Of a stretch of DNA of 64,000 nucleotides, positions 1-10,050 are shown piece after piece (positions within the stretch are counted from its first letter, which is position 1; every line of letters starts with the position of its first letter). The position numbers and the translations under genes are program-made. The DNA is from a virus: positions 1-64,000 of IMG/VR virus record IMGVR_UViG_3300023179_000039, one strand, 5' to 3'. Below the pieces are notes generated by a model. It searched no databases and was not told the DNA's origin. It was given only the letters and a program-made list of their open reading frames with translations.

Positions 1-789
1 GATACCGTTCATGTTCTTCAAGTCCTGCTCAAGTTCGACAGACCAGCGAGCGGCAAGGCGGCGTGTACCGGCCTCAACGGCTGTCTTTTCGAAGCTGACT
101 ACGACCTGAGGAATATTGCTGTTTAGCTCAAACTGGCTGAGCAACTGAGCAACACCACGGTCTTGATCGAGAACTGTAAAGTCGGCATTGCCGGACAATG
201 CAGTGCTCTGTGCACCGGTAAACCCGGTGGCAAGGAACTGATAGCCAAGCTCAGGATTGCTGGATAAAGCCTGTTTCCAGGAATTACCGCCAAACTGAGT
301 GGCACCGGTGTTACCATCGATGCTACCAGTCTGATAGCCTAAGCTTGTGGGTTCGTACTTATAACGGAGGGCAAAAGCAAGGCCTACTGGACCGCTCATG
401 GGCTGAACGCCAACGATTTCGTTAGTGATCAACTCAGGGAACGTACGGCGAATCATCGGAATGAGGATCTTAGGAAGACGAGCATCGCCTTGAGCATAAG
501 CACCGTCATTCTGTGAAGGGAACTGGTTGCCATAAGCACCATTATTAACGGAGCCAAATACGCTTGTACCTGAACCTCCGCCAAAACTTCCACCAGCAAC
601 GTTGCTTGCTTCGAAGCACCACTTCTCTTGGTTTTCCAAAAGGATAGCGGTGTTTAAGCGAGTGTGATCGTCTTCAATAGCGCGGACGTTATCGGAAGAG
701 TAATCCAGAACTGGACCCCACTTCTCGAGAAGTACCCTAGCGCGTGACTCATCAATGTAAGCCTGTGTAGGACGAATTTGTTTAGCCAT
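1..789 (-). CDS. gp23: Major capsid protein, T4 gp23-like (5' part; runs off window start)
   Basis: Hand translation from ATG 789: MAKQIRPTQAYIDESRARVLLEKWGPVL...TAILLENQ...IPMIRRTFPELITNEIVGVQPMSGPVGLAFALRYKY...FEKTAVEAGTRRLAARWSVELEQDLKNMNGI, which are gp23 motifs. It lies downstream of gp21-gp22. SD-like GGAG at 802-805. Not in the ORF track because it is truncated. Confidence 0.96.
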   Translation of the reverse strand, partial: MAKQIRPTQAYIDESRARVLLEKWGPVLDYSSDNVRAIEDDHTRLNTAILLENQEKWCFEASNVAGGSFGGGSGTSVFGSVNNGAYGNQFPSQNDGAYAQGDARLPKILIPMIRRTFPELITNEIVGVQPMSGPVGLAFALRYKYEPTSLGYQTGSIDGNTGATQFGGNSWKQALSSNPELGYQFLATGFTGAQSTALSGNADFTVLDQDRGVAQLLSQFELNSNIPQVVVSFEKTAVEAGTRRLAARWSVELEQDLKNMNGI

Positions 790-819
790 AATTATATATT
801 TCTCCAATATATGTGTGTC

Positions 820-855
820 GACCTTTTAAATTTATCTGACCTTTTAAATTTATCT
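820..855. repeat. Perfect tandem 18-bp direct repeat (GACCTTTTAAATTTATCT x2) upstream of gp23
   Basis: Read directly: 820-837 and 838-855 are identical. Confidence 0.9.
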
Positions 856-887
856 ATTCAGGGGTTAAACCCTCAACGTAAAACAAA

Positions 888-1772
888 TTAGTATTTTGAA
901 AGCTCGCTCATGTAGTTATTAAAATGAGGATCTGTATCATTTTTTTCTACTGGAGCAACTGATTCTTCAACTACAGGTCTGTCAACTTTAGTAGCTACAG
1001 ACTCTGTTACTGCTTCTGTTTTTAGCGTCTTGAGCCGCTCTTCCTCTGTCTTTTCAAACAGATTTAAAGTATAATCAAAGTTCTCTTTAACGAACTCTGC
1101 AGACTTACCATTAAGCATCTTCTTCATATATGATTTTTTATCATCATCTAGAGAAGAAACTCTTTCTTCAAGAGTAGCACGAGCATTAAGCTTCTTGTTC
1201 TCTTCTGTAAGTCTAGCTACTTCTTTAGTAGCGGCTTCAAGCTGGCTAGCAGCTTCATCTAATCTCTTCTTACCATCGATAACGGCATCTTTAATGCTAT
1301 CTTTTGATAGCGCCATATCGACGGATAGAATCTGACGCATATTCTCTAATAGAGAAATGGCCTTTTTGTTCTTTACAGCCTCATTAATTGAGGTTGAGGG
1401 AAGCTTTTCTTCGAGGTAAAGATCTAAGTATTTGCTTAGCTCACTTACAATCGAACTCTTGAACTCAGTAGCTTCTTTATTGAGAGCAGCTTCATACTTC
1501 TCAACTACTGTTTTTAGCTTTGCAGCGCGATCAGTATCAATAGCTTCAACAACCTTTTTAAGCTTGTTGGTATGATCTGTATCCATTGCTTCAACTAAAG
1601 TCTCTAATTTCTTTGTATAATCAGCATCTTGTTCGGAAAGAGCTTTTTCAACGTGTATCTGTACTCTCTCATTAACAGAAGCATCAAACGCAGCTTCGAT
1701 TTCCTTAAGAACATCCTCAGTAAGAATATCCTTTGTAGCTTCTTTCAATACTTTGCTGATGTTATTGTCCAT
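888..1772 (-). CDS. gp22: Prohead core scaffolding protein, gp22-like
   Basis: Acidic coiled-coil protein with YLDLYLEE and C-terminal YMSELSKY; lies between gp21 and gp23. Confidence 0.85.
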   Translation of the reverse strand: MDNNISKVLKEATKDILTEDVLKEIEAAFDASVNERVQIHVEKALSEQDADYTKKLETLVEAMDTDHTNKLKKVVEAIDTDRAAKLKTVVEKYEAALNKEATEFKSSIVSELSKYLDLYLEEKLPSTSINEAVKNKKAISLLENMRQILSVDMALSKDSIKDAVIDGKKRLDEAASQLEAATKEVARLTEENKKLNARATLEERVSSLDDDKKSYMKKMLNGKSAEFVKENFDYTLNLFEKTEEERLKTLKTEAVTESVATKVDRPVVEESVAPVEKNDTDPHFNNYMSELSKY

Positions 1773-1775
1773 AAA

Positions 1776-1946
1776 TTAAAAAATTTTTTCTTTTAGAGCA
1801 TTCTCGATTTTTGATTTAATCTTCAAATCGATAACACTCTGTAAATATTTATTAGCCTCGGAATAATTTTTTTGAGAAATAGACTTTAAAAACCCAACTA
1901 TTTCCTTTTGTTCGTTTAGCTTAGATTCTTTCTTAGCCTTTGGCAT
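1776..1946 (-). CDS. Small prohead core-associated protein (probable start ATG 1946, MPKAKKES...)
   Basis: Lies between gp21 and gp22. TAAATA at 1952-1957 is 5 nt before ATG 1946, which favours this start over the ORF-track 1991. Confidence 0.55.
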   Translation of the reverse strand: MPKAKKESKLNEQKEIVGFLKSISQKNYSEANKYLQSVIDLKIKSKIENALKEKIF

Positions 1947-1995
1947 AGAATTATTTATTTTTTTGCCTCCCGTTTTTTTAGAATGTTTCATAAAA

Positions 1996-2667
1996 TTAAG
2001 AAGCTCTTAAAAACTTAAAAAACGTCAAAATTTGCTCTTTAAGGTAAGTTTGCATTTCCTTTCTTGGTAAAGTATTTAGCGATTTTTCAAATTTATCAAA
2101 TACTTCTTCTAATTCACCGTTTGTATTGACAACATATTGTTTGCTTTCTAGAATACCGTTAACAAAAGCCTTAGGACAGGATGGATCAGCAACACAATCA
2201 ACAGCTATTAATCTCATGTCTGTTACGCGATTAACACCCCCTGCATCTTCATTTAGCTTTCCTAATGCACGGCTAGACATACCAACCTTAACACCATCAT
2301 TAATAAGTGAACGTACTATTTGTCCCATGGGAGTAGATAGTACTTGTGATTTACCTAGAACGTGGTTGCCCTCAAATTTTAAATTTGTAACAATATGACA
2401 TGCTCTTTCAAGATTTACTTCTGCTGAAGCAGGGTGATTTAATTCTCCCATGGCGCGCTTGGTGCTGACCATTTCAGAAACATATCTCTCTACTTCACGG
2501 CGCATATCATCCTTTTCGTAAATTCGTTGATTTTTATTTACTTCATTACAAACCATGTAAGGGCCTTGAATATAAAGCTTTGCGGGCTCCTTAGGATTTT
2601 TCTCTTCTAGGATATATTCAAACTGCTCTTCAGGAGCAGGTGTTTCGACGAGTAGACGAAGCGCCAT
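1996..2667 (-). CDS. gp21: Prohead protease, gp21-like
   Basis: Motifs LYIQGPYM, NKNQRIY, RAMGELNHP, STPMGQIV, VGMSSRALG, DCVADPS. Confidence 0.95.
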   Translation of the reverse strand: MALRLLVETPAPEEQFEYILEEKNPKEPAKLYIQGPYMVCNEVNKNQRIYEKDDMRREVERYVSEMVSTKRAMGELNHPASAEVNLERACHIVTNLKFEGNHVLGKSQVLSTPMGQIVRSLINDGVKVGMSSRALGKLNEDAGGVNRVTDMRLIAVDCVADPSCPKAFVNGILESKQYVVNTNGELEEVFDKFEKSLNTLPRKEMQTYLKEQILTFFKFLRAS

Positions 2668-2671
2668 AATA

Positions 2672-3130
2672 TTATTTATTTAGTCCTAATTCCTTTTCTG
2701 TTAATATTAAGAATTTATAATTTCTTTTATCACACCACTTTTTAGCAGCTTCCCATTTAGCCATATTCTGTATATATCTTTTATTTTCATAAATGACAGT
2801 GCTCTGTCTTTTCTTACCAGGTTTTGGTTGAACAACCTGTGAAGATGGCTTAATTTCTATTATATACTTGTTGATAATACCGTTTTCTCTTATTGCTACA
2901 ACACCGTCTGTATAATATCTATGTGTTTTACCATCAATAGGGTTTACATATGGTATTATGATTGCCTCGCTTGCCCATTCAACTATATTAACATTTTCAT
3001 CACACCATCTAAAGAAACGAAGCTCCCACCCAGATCTGTAAACCGGCGGCGTACGGCCTATGTATTTTGATGTATTTCTAGGGCGAAATATACCCTGGCG
3101 AAAGCTATCGTTTTTACCAAGAGGTATCAT
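2672..3130 (-). CDS. gp4: Head completion nuclease, gp4-like
   Basis: Motifs YRSGWELRFFRWCD, WASE, IPY, YYTD, IEIKP, N.AKWEAA, ILTEKEL. Confidence 0.9.
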   Translation of the reverse strand: MIPLGKNDSFRQGIFRPRNTSKYIGRTPPVYRSGWELRFFRWCDENVNIVEWASEAIIIPYVNPIDGKTHRYYTDGVVAIRENGIINKYIIEIKPSSQVVQPKPGKKRQSTVIYENKRYIQNMAKWEAAKKWCDKRNYKFLILTEKELGLNK

Positions 3131-4206
3131 TATCCAACAAAAAACTGCGGAGGTGCGGCATCGCCTAAGCCAGGTGCACCTTCATATAGCTTTTGCTCGA
3201 GTTTTTCTTTTTCTGCTAATCCTTGAGATAGTAAATCATTATAATTAATTTGACCGCCACCAAACATTGTCGTACCTGTATATTTGCCTCTTACATTGCC
3301 TATAGCAATTTTACTTAAAGCAAGAGCATATTGATAAACCCAAGGCTCTTTGATAATATCTTTTAATCGTCTTTCTACATAACATGCTACGACTCCGTAA
3401 AATCTAGATCCGGAGCCTGGTGTTCTGGGCGGTGGATAGAAAGTTAAATATTGTGTTCTATCATCAAATGTAATATATCTTTTAACTGCTAATAATTTTT
3501 CTCTCATTTTAAGCCAGTCTTTTAAGGTATACCAGCTAATTAAATCAAAACCATAATTACCCATTGCATAGCTAAAATATGTTTGTTGAGCTAGTGTTTG
3601 CTCAATTGTAAAGAGTGAATTAATTCCAGTGTTTGAACCTTCTTCGAAGTCTATTACATCTATAACTTTTCTATAATCCATTGCATCATAGTCATAGCTA
3701 TTTGTAAACTTTAGTTTTTCATTTGCGGATGCTGTGAAATATTGCCCTAAAACACCATTCCAATTAATGACAGAAAGGTAGCTTGACGTTGTCAATATTT
3801 GATTTTGAAATATGCCCGAGCTATATGTACTGGAAAGTGTATTTGAGTTTGTAAAGTAGGATGCAGGGATAGAGGAACTAGCTGCATAAACAGTGGGAGA
3901 TGGGTCTATATTTTTATTAAAATAAGGTGTAATAGTGAATAGACTATCAAGCCTTATACCTTTACCATCTTCATATAAATTAGAATCAAAAATAAGATAC
4001 TCTTCTGTATAGCCAGCAAATTTAGCAAACATTTCACAAGCAATGGAAATATTTTCAAACAGTTGATCATGATGTAGTTCTAAATTAATCATAGGCGCTC
4101 CTAAGGAACGAGTAATTCTATCAGCAAGTCTAGAGAAAGAATCAATCTTATTGTTTAGATTAGTACTCTGAAACGCTGTAATAGGCGTAATTGCAGAACA
4201 GTCCAT
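3130..4206 (-). CDS. gp13: Neck protein, gp13-like
   Basis: Motifs RSLGAPMINLEL, WVYQYALAL.K...G.VRGKY, GGGQIN, C-terminal PPQFFVG. Confidence 0.88.
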   Translation of the reverse strand: MDCSAITPITAFQSTNLNNKIDSFSRLADRITRSLGAPMINLELHHDQLFENISIACEMFAKFAGYTEEYLIFDSNLYEDGKGIRLDSLFTITPYFNKNIDPSPTVYAASSSIPASYFTNSNTLSSTYSSGIFQNQILTTSSYLSVINWNGVLGQYFTASANEKLKFTNSYDYDAMDYRKVIDVIDFEEGSNTGINSLFTIEQTLAQQTYFSYAMGNYGFDLISWYTLKDWLKMREKLLAVKRYITFDDRTQYLTFYPPPRTPGSGSRFYGVVACYVERRLKDIIKEPWVYQYALALSKIAIGNVRGKYTGTTMFGGGQINYNDLLSQGLAEKEKLEQKLYEGAPGLGDAAPPQFFVG

Positions 4207-4221
4207 ATAGTTATTTATCTA

Positions 4222-6030
4222 TTAAGCTGTAGGAGAAGCTGCGGCTCCGCCTCCTGCAGCTGGCCCTGCGCCACCAGCAGTTGCGGTTTCAGGAGCAGCT
4301 CCTACTCCTGCGCCACCTCCTGCTGCAGCAGGCCCGGGACCAAATTCAGGCGGGGTACGTGTAGCTGAAGCACCACCAATACCACCTCCACCGCCTCCAC
4401 CAGGTGCTTCACCTTGTCCGCCGGCTCCAGGCTGTGCGGCACCAAGCTCTCTCCAGTTAGGACCACCATTAGTAATTTGATCAAGTTCCCACAAAAGCTC
4501 TCGATCCTTTCTTAAAAATTCTCTATTAGCCATTAAATCTGTATCCGACCAGCCTAGATATTTTTTCTGTGCGTATGTTTTTGAAACTAAATCACTTTGC
4601 GTTATTGAATTAAAGTTTTCTGCTTTAAGTTGAAACTTTTGATTTTCTCTAAGTTCATAAAAGTTTGTTGGTACATTAAAAGCTAAATCTAAATCTGTAT
4701 CTTTGAGTTTTAATTCTTCCCAGATCTTTTTAAGCTTTAAATGTGTAGTAAATCCGTTTTTTAACCCTGCTGCAAATACTCTTTGCTGACGTATAATAAA
4801 TCTAGCAAATTTTAATTCTTCCCTAAGAATGTCTGTACCGTCTTTAAATACATCTTCAACATTCAATCTACTTACAGGTACTTTTAACGACTTGTAAAGT
4901 TTTTGAACAAAATACATTAGATCGGTAAGTTCACCGAGATTTTGACCGCCCGGTAATTGTGTTACTGAAGTTCCCTCACTACCAGCGCGCTTTGCAAACC
5001 AAAAACTATCAAGCATTGATTGTGGGTTAAATTTCTGTACTGATGCACCTTGATCGGCGTCGTATGTTCTACGCGACCAATAATTTTGCATTAGCTTTCT
5101 AAGATAAGCTTCTGCTTTTGGAGGGGCCATATTACCAACATCAACATTAAACACTAAACGCTCAGGTGCACGAACTAATCTATAAATTACTATACTATCT
5201 TCTATTAAAGATAACTGCCTGTAAGCACGACGTGCATTTTCAATAAAAGGAAGTCTTACAGTTTTAGTTTCATTCCATATATCAGAATTAATATAAGTTA
5301 CTTGATTAACGTCCATTGGTACAAGTTCGATCTTAACAACTTTACCTGGGTTTTTAGCATCGTATATATTCTTACGTAGCAAATAACCTCTTACAATTTG
5401 ATTCTGTACGTTTTCAAAGACAGGATCAATAATATCCGACGGTACAGCAACTACACCAAGAATACCTTCTTCTGGATATTTTTTATGAATAATATGCTCC
5501 CAATATAGCTCTGCATCAACAAGTAACTGTCTTAAATACGACCATCCTTTATTTTCTAAATCAAAAAACCCTATGTATTTTTGAAATTCTTTTCTAAGCT
5601 TTTCTTTTTGCTCTTCGCTTAGATTGCCGGTCTTAAAATTAAGCTTTATAATATCACCATTATCGTCCTTGTTAATAAATTCATCACATATTTCATCTAG
5701 TGCATCTGCTACTTCTGCAAAAGCAGCCATTACGCGATAATCGGTTAATCTTCTGCCCTTATCAGGTTGAAGATTTGCATACATGAAATTATGATAATCT
5801 TTATTCTGTACTACGTTTGCGTAAAGATCATCAGTAAATGTAAGGGAAGAAGAAATAGACTGTCTTGCTAGGGCTTCCTCTCGTTTTGTACCTTTATTAA
5901 AAAAATCTTCGTACTTAGGATTTAATTTTTTAATTTGATCTTCTATACCGACAGATTGATAAGGAAGCTTAGATGATATAAACTTCATTATATCTCTACC
6001 AAATGTACTCTCTCTATTGGGATCGGCCAT
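4222..6030 (-). CDS. gp20: Portal vertex protein, gp20-like
   Basis: Motifs YRVMA..EV.DAL.EI, QLSLIEDSIVIYRLVRAPERLVFNVDVGNM, FWFAKRAGSEGTSVTQLPGGQNLG, LYKSLKVPVSRL, REELKF. Confidence 0.97.
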   Translation of the reverse strand: MADPNRESTFGRDIMKFISSKLPYQSVGIEDQIKKLNPKYEDFFNKGTKREEALARQSISSSLTFTDDLYANVVQNKDYHNFMYANLQPDKGRRLTDYRVMAAFAEVADALDEICDEFINKDDNGDIIKLNFKTGNLSEEQKEKLRKEFQKYIGFFDLENKGWSYLRQLLVDAELYWEHIIHKKYPEEGILGVVAVPSDIIDPVFENVQNQIVRGYLLRKNIYDAKNPGKVVKIELVPMDVNQVTYINSDIWNETKTVRLPFIENARRAYRQLSLIEDSIVIYRLVRAPERLVFNVDVGNMAPPKAEAYLRKLMQNYWSRRTYDADQGASVQKFNPQSMLDSFWFAKRAGSEGTSVTQLPGGQNLGELTDLMYFVQKLYKSLKVPVSRLNVEDVFKDGTDILREELKFARFIIRQQRVFAAGLKNGFTTHLKLKKIWEELKLKDTDLDLAFNVPTNFYELRENQKFQLKAENFNSITQSDLVSKTYAQKKYLGWSDTDLMANREFLRKDRELLWELDQITNGGPNWRELGAAQPGAGGQGEAPGGGGGGGIGGASATRTPPEFGPGPAAAGGGAGVGAAPETATAGGAGPAAGGGAAASPTA

Positions 6031-6071
6031 ATATAACCTAATTATTTATTATACAAAAGCTTACTTTAAAC

Positions 6072-6875
6072 TTAAAACTTGTAAGTATAATCTACGTTTG
6101 TTATTTGTGGTGTACCTGAAAGAGATACAACTTCTAGTTCATCTACTAAGCCCGTACTAACAGGGTATGCAAAAGTACTGTCTTCTAGGCTCTCATAAGT
6201 TGTAATTTTAGACGATACTCTAAAGTTTGAATCAATATAGAAAATATTGCCAACAGGGTTTTCGACATAAGGGAATAACCACCCTTTAATAGTAAATGCA
6301 GTATCACCAACTATTCTATACTTATCAGAAGAAGAAATATCTGTTGGATAATTGATAGTCACTCCACCATCCCATAGCACTTCACTTCGTATTTCTTGAG
6401 GTATTGAACTTGATGCTATATCTTCAGGTACTTTCCACGAAAGTATAATATAAGGATTACTGTATGGAACAAAGTTAGATATAATTTGATCCATATCGGT
6501 TTGAAATTTTGTAATGATAGACATTCCAACTTGTATGTTTACCGGTACAGGAGTCCTATAAAACTGAGAATTTATTAAAGCATCTCTTTCGCCTGATCCT
6601 CTTGAAACGTAAAAACCTGCAAGTTTGTTAAACACTCTTGTCTCATCACGACTGACACTATTAATAGTAACAGCTACTACGGGTACAGTTAAGTTTTGTG
6701 CCTTATTTACCAAATCATATAAAACTCTTTGCTTAGGAGCATAGACGTATCTAACCTGAATCTTACTCTGCGGTACTCTATTCTTATCGTATCTCTTGAT
6801 AATAATATTATCAAAAGCGGCAACAAATTGAGTAATAAGATCTTTTATCTCAAAATGAAATGTCTGGTTCTTCAC
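6072..6875 (-). CDS. gp15: Tail sheath stabilizer / tail terminator, gp15-like (probable GTG start at 6875)
   Basis: Motifs F...FDNIIIKR, VRYVYAPKQ, PVPVNI, DMDQII, FTIKGWLF. TAAATA lies 5 nt before GTG 6875. Confidence 0.82.
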   Translation of the reverse strand: MKNQTFHFEIKDLITQFVAAFDNIIIKRYDKNRVPQSKIQVRYVYAPKQRVLYDLVNKAQNLTVPVVAVTINSVSRDETRVFNKLAGFYVSRGSGERDALINSQFYRTPVPVNIQVGMSIITKFQTDMDQIISNFVPYSNPYIILSWKVPEDIASSSIPQEIRSEVLWDGGVTINYPTDISSSDKYRIVGDTAFTIKGWLFPYVENPVGNIFYIDSNFRVSSKITTYESLEDSTFAYPVSTGLVDELEVVSLSGTPQITNVDYTYKF

Positions 6876-6886
6876 TATATTATTTA

Positions 6887-8518
6887 TTAGCAAATACGGT
6901 CAATAAAAGCTTTAGGAAGCTTATCTTTCACTCTTTTCATTACATTAACAACATTGCCATCGAGAACGTAAGTAGTGGAAAAATCGTTCTTACTTCTTGT
7001 AGCTCTACCACATGCCTGTACTAATGCGTTAAGCATCTTATTCTCATACCACTCTTTATCCGTATCAAACAGTTTTTTAACCCTTTTACAAGCAAGCGAT
7101 GGATAGGGTAGTTTAATAATAATTTGAAACCGAGCTAAATGATCTTTTAAATCTACCCCAAACGCCAAGCTCGGTGAAACAAGAACTGTAGGTTCATTTG
7201 TTGTGTAATGCTCTTTTAAAATAGTTTCATTATTAGAAAATTCATCACGAAAGAGAAATCTTTTATCATTACAAAGTTTATTTTTTATAAATTGCGTAAT
7301 TTCATTTGAATGGGTATGAATAATTCCTTTTTCAGTTTTATGATGTTCAACAATAGTTTTTATTTGATCGCAAACATGCGGGAGTGCTGAGGCAAGGTTT
7401 TTATGATTTAATTTATATTTTGATGATACATAAATGGGTGATTTGCTAGGCTCAAAATCGCTTTCCACTTCTACGTATTCATAATCTTTAATTCCTAAAG
7501 TCTTAGCATAATTTTTATGATCAATTATAGTTGCAGACATCAACAAGACATTATCAGCATAGTCAAAAATAAATTTTGTGAGCCTATCAACCTTAAGAGG
7601 TGTAAATGTAGCTTTCTTTGCCTCTCTATTGATAATATATTCGCAGTCTTTCCACAGCCCGTCTACAGTAGTAAGTGCATTATGTATACTTTTAAGATAC
7701 TGCATTTTTATTTTTTCAGGCTGTGATAAGGTGCGATGCTTTTTATTTGCACGGTTTATTAGAACATTAATTTGCTCACTAATATTAAAAATAAGCTCAT
7801 ATATCCACGCTCTTGTTTTATCTCTATTTTCGGTTATTAGCGGCTTACAATCAACACCATAATGCTTAAGCTTATCATAAACAATCTCTGCTGAGAATCT
7901 CTTTATAAGCTCATCTTCAAGTTCAGAAGCCTCATCACATATAATAAAATTTTTTCTCTTTACATGTCCTGGTAATGCTAAAAACATTTTGTAGTTTAAT
8001 ACGGCAAATTTTGATAGTAGTGCATGATTGCGCGCATTATAATAATGACAGCGATTATTCTCCCAACATTCATCTCTAATTTTTGAAACTAAAACGCATG
8101 GTGCTGTCTCCACATCAAAGTTTGGATCTATATCACATGGGTAGTTTGATTTACCCTTTAAAATATCGGTATCAGGAAATAGATTTGTATATTGATCTTG
8201 TAGAGATTTTGTGATTGTGAGTGCAAATGTACCAAATGGTGGTTGTGCAAGACAGTCTACTTCATTAATGTAATTACCGGCAAAATCTTGCTTGTATGCA
8301 GAGTAAGATTTAATACTGTTAGAAAATTTTTCAGTTGGACCGGAGCCTAGACCAGAGAGTGTTTTTGCCAAAAAACTTTTACCGGTACCGGTAGGAGCAC
8401 AACAAATAACAAATTTTTTTCCGTTATTAAAAGCTCGCTCAACACCCTTAATTAATTTAACCTGTTGATTACTAGGATTATATTCTTTTGGAAAATGCAA
8501 AAGATATCTACTAAACAT
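6887..8518 (-). CDS. DinG/Rad3-like superfamily 2 helicase
   Basis: Walker A APTGTGKS, DEA(S), MSAT, GVDL, QACGRATR; Cys-rich segment compatible with an Fe-S cluster. Confidence 0.88.
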   Translation of the reverse strand: MFSRYLLHFPKEYNPSNQQVKLIKGVERAFNNGKKFVICCAPTGTGKSFLAKTLSGLGSGPTEKFSNSIKSYSAYKQDFAGNYINEVDCLAQPPFGTFALTITKSLQDQYTNLFPDTDILKGKSNYPCDIDPNFDVETAPCVLVSKIRDECWENNRCHYYNARNHALLSKFAVLNYKMFLALPGHVKRKNFIICDEASELEDELIKRFSAEIVYDKLKHYGVDCKPLITENRDKTRAWIYELIFNISEQINVLINRANKKHRTLSQPEKIKMQYLKSIHNALTTVDGLWKDCEYIINREAKKATFTPLKVDRLTKFIFDYADNVLLMSATIIDHKNYAKTLGIKDYEYVEVESDFEPSKSPIYVSSKYKLNHKNLASALPHVCDQIKTIVEHHKTEKGIIHTHSNEITQFIKNKLCNDKRFLFRDEFSNNETILKEHYTTNEPTVLVSPSLAFGVDLKDHLARFQIIIKLPYPSLACKRVKKLFDTDKEWYENKMLNALVQACGRATRSKNDFSTTYVLDGNVVNVMKRVKDKLPKAFIDRIC

Positions 8519-8547
8519 ACCTATATTATACTATCAAAACTTTAAAA

Positions 8548-8898
8548 TTAAAGCGGCGTTATCGCCATTTTTTTATTGTAAAGTTTTGCAGTCTTTTTAA
8601 TAGGAAGCTGATTAACAAGTTTTTGTAACTCTTTATTTGTTTTGCAAAATGTATTTACAGAATAATCAAAAATTATCTTTCCATTTTGCCCGGTATAAAG
8701 ATCAAAAGGATAAGGAACTTCATAAACAATTTTTTTATTCTTTTTCTCCTCACACAATAAAGTAAAAATGCAAAAAAAGTCTTTAATACAAAATAATATT
8801 AATCTACCTTTTTTAAGTATTTTTGTTTCTATAGAAAATGTAACGGTTTTCTGTAAAAAACCTGTTATTATTTTTTCTATTTCTAACGGTGAAGTCAT
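8548..8898 (-). CDS. Hypothetical protein
   Basis: 116-aa ORF, overlaps the upstream gene by ATGA. Confidence 0.6.
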   Translation of the reverse strand: MTSPLEIEKIITGFLQKTVTFSIETKILKKGRLILFCIKDFFCIFTLLCEEKKNKKIVYEVPYPFDLYTGQNGKIIFDYSVNTFCKTNKELQKLVNQLPIKKTAKLYNKKMAITPL

Positions 8899-9269
8899 GA
8901 GTTCATGAACCTTGTTTTTTCAGTTGACGACATTAATGATAATTTTTTATTAAAGAAATTCCAAAACTGTGATACAGGAATTAAATTTAACATATTACAA
9001 GCAGCCATATTTACACATCTATAGTCTTGCATAAGAATGTCCCACGTTATCAATAGGTCTTTTGCGGTGGGATTATATTTAACTGCGTTAATAGCACGAC
9101 GATAGTTTAAAGCAATTCTTCCTTCCGGGCTATTTAAAAGTGGCAAAGAATTAGTACACAACATTCTTCTCGTTGGTGGAAGCCCTGGCCTTGAACGCCT
9201 TCGGGTAAACTTAATTTCCGCCACGTTGTTTAGAAGAAGATTTTTTAATGTGGCTAGCGACACTTTCAT
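8895..9269 (-). CDS. WYL_2/DUF2693-like SH3-fold phage protein
   Basis: Pattern EIKFTRR...TRRMLCT...ITWDILMQDYR resembles this family. Confidence 0.55.
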   Translation of the reverse strand: MKVSLATLKNLLLNNVAEIKFTRRRSRPGLPPTRRMLCTNSLPLLNSPEGRIALNYRRAINAVKYNPTAKDLLITWDILMQDYRCVNMAACNMLNLIPVSQFWNFFNKKLSLMSSTEKTRFMNS

Positions 9270-9669
9270 TATCGTTTCTTACTGAGCAAATACCAAATAT
9301 TCTTTGCTCATTTAGAAAAATTCCTTTTTTAAGGGTACCATAACCATCAATATCAATATTTGCAACCGGTACACCTAGATTATTTGGAAAGCAAACAAAA
9401 TCACCTTTCTTAACATACTTAGCATTAGGGCCGCATAAGATAATTTCGCCTATTCTCCATGCACGCGTATCAGCATTAATAGGAACAACAATACCGTTTC
9501 TCATGATAGATGAGCCGTCAACTGTTTCATCAACAAATTTAACGAGCAGAACATCATCTAATATTGTTTTAAGGTTAAAGCCAAAAAAAACAGAATTAAA
9601 AGAATTTTTAGGTAATTCAGATAAATCTATTAAACTTTTTTGTGTAGGGAGTAAATCTATATCAGCCAT
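9211..9669 (-). CDS. GroES/Cpn10-like co-chaperonin (probable functional analogue of gp31)
   Basis: LDDVLLVK...NGIVVP...GEIILCGP...VKKGDFV...FLNEQRIFG matches the Cpn10 pattern. Confidence 0.75.
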   Translation of the reverse strand: MADIDLLPTQKSLIDLSELPKNSFNSVFFGFNLKTILDDVLLVKFVDETVDGSSIMRNGIVVPINADTRAWRIGEIILCGPNAKYVKKGDFVCFPNNLGVPVANIDIDGYGTLKKGIFLNEQRIFGICSVRNDNESVASHIKKSSSKQRGGN

Positions 9670-9681
9670 ATCGTAATTTAA

Positions 9682-10050
9682 TTAGCTGTGTATGGTTTTC
9701 AATGTTTGAATATGATCTTTTATCTCTCTTTGTGAAAGTTCTTTTGCTATAGCTAAAAGCTTTATATTGTCGTTTTCATCTGTCTTTTCAGCTTTTTTGC
9801 GCTTAAAGTAGTTAATTCTTTTATAGGGCATTCTTGTAAAACACGCACAAAATAAATTATATAATTCTTTTTTCGACTCAAATACAGCTAGATATTTGTT
9901 CAAAGTATTACATGTATTTACAGTAGAATTTGAATACATACTAATCCATCTGTTAACCAAGAAAGGTGAAAATTCATTTTCGTCTTCTAGTGTAGTTAAC
10001 TGCTTTTTTTTGGTAAAAAGAATATCTGAAATATAATCAAATATTGTCAT
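9682..10050 (-). CDS. gp62: Clamp loader small subunit, gp62-like
   Basis: Motifs IFDYISDI, FSPFLVNRWISM, LSQREI. Confidence 0.7.
   Translation of the reverse strand: MTIFDYISDILFTKKKQLTTLEDENEFSPFLVNRWISMYSNSTVNTCNTLNKYLAVFESKKELYNLFCACFTRMPYKRINYFKRKKAEKTDENDNIKLLAIAKELSQREIKDHIQTLKTIHS

Noticed and set aside
123-317. 64-aa ORF in the ORF track
   Set aside because: Alternative frame inside the gp23 coding sequence.
859-875. Small hairpin GGGT-TAA-ACCC between gp22 and gp23 as a terminator
   Set aside because: Stem is only about 4-5 bp with no proper U-tract; could be a processing or stability element but is unsupported.
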